Of a stretch of 44,246 nt of DNA, positions 44,186 to 44,246 are shown in pieces. The first letter of the stretch is position 1. Each line of letters opens with the position of its first letter. Made by a program: the position numbers and the translations under genes. Source of the DNA: a virus (taxonomy: Duplodnaviria > Heunggongvirae > Uroviricota > Caudoviricetes); the IMG/VR virus record IMGVR_UViG_3300045988_013393, positions 1 through 44,246 of that record; one strand, given 5' to 3'. The notes below the pieces were generated by a model, which saw only the letters and a program-made list of their open reading frames with translations, ran no database searches and was not told where the DNA came from.

Positions 44186-44246
44186 CTATTGACCTGTTAC
44201 ACCACCTGTTACACCACCTGTTACACCACCTGTTACACCACCTGTT
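44186..44246 (-). CDS. C-terminal part of (GVTG)n repeat protein; stop at 44188-44186
   Basis: Minus-strand GVTG frame through the repeat ends with Gln then TAG just outside the array; joins ORF 1-216 only if the replicon is circular/permuted. Confidence 0.35.
   Translation of the reverse strand, partial: TGGVTGGVTGGVTGGVTGQ
44192..44246. repeat. Tandem direct repeat ACCTGTTACACC, 4 full copies plus 7 bp, continuous with array at 1-84
   Basis: Same unit as window start; window ends mid-unit. Confidence 0.9.

Noticed and set aside
1-44246. Integrase/attachment site indicating a prophage
   Set aside because: No tyrosine or serine recombinase-like ORF, no tRNA and no flanking host genes seen; the window appears to be a free phage genome, though the XRE regulator leaves some regulatory ambiguity.

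Overview
The window looks like a complete, circularly permuted ~44.2 kb dsDNA tailed-phage genome (siphovirus-type lambda-like tail module plus a family-A DNA polymerase replication module); no integrase, tRNA or CRISPR array was seen. Both window ends lie inside the same 12-bp tandem repeat (ACCTGTTACACC), so the assembly was probably linearised within that array. Layout: a plus-strand early/replication block (1.7-12.8 kb: HTH regulator, primase-helicase, Cas4-like nuclease, SSB-like protein, DNA polymerase, VRR-NUC, SNF2 helicase); a minus-strand structural block (12.8-38.9 kb: tailspike, lambda-like tail tip, tape measure, G/T chaperones, major tail, capsid, scaffold, portal, terminase) with spanins embedded in the head module; a separate holin/endolysin cassette (41.1-42.1 kb); and two arrays of small translationally coupled minus-strand genes flanking the window junction. 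Three plus-strand moron insertions interrupt the minus-strand late region. The most interesting is a four-gene island at 22.5-25.2 kb (Imm-like membrane protein, HTH-fused SbcD/Mre11-like metallophosphoesterase, PNK-like HAD phosphatase, P-loop kinase), driven by the same promoter class as the early small-gene arrays. Other notable signals are the GAATAG/CTATTC palindromes embedded in promoters beside a lone divergent XRE repressor, a wrap-around ORF encoding a (GVTG)n repeat, and a ~520 bp non-coding region with two terminators. All functional calls come from motifs read by eye; no database search was run.
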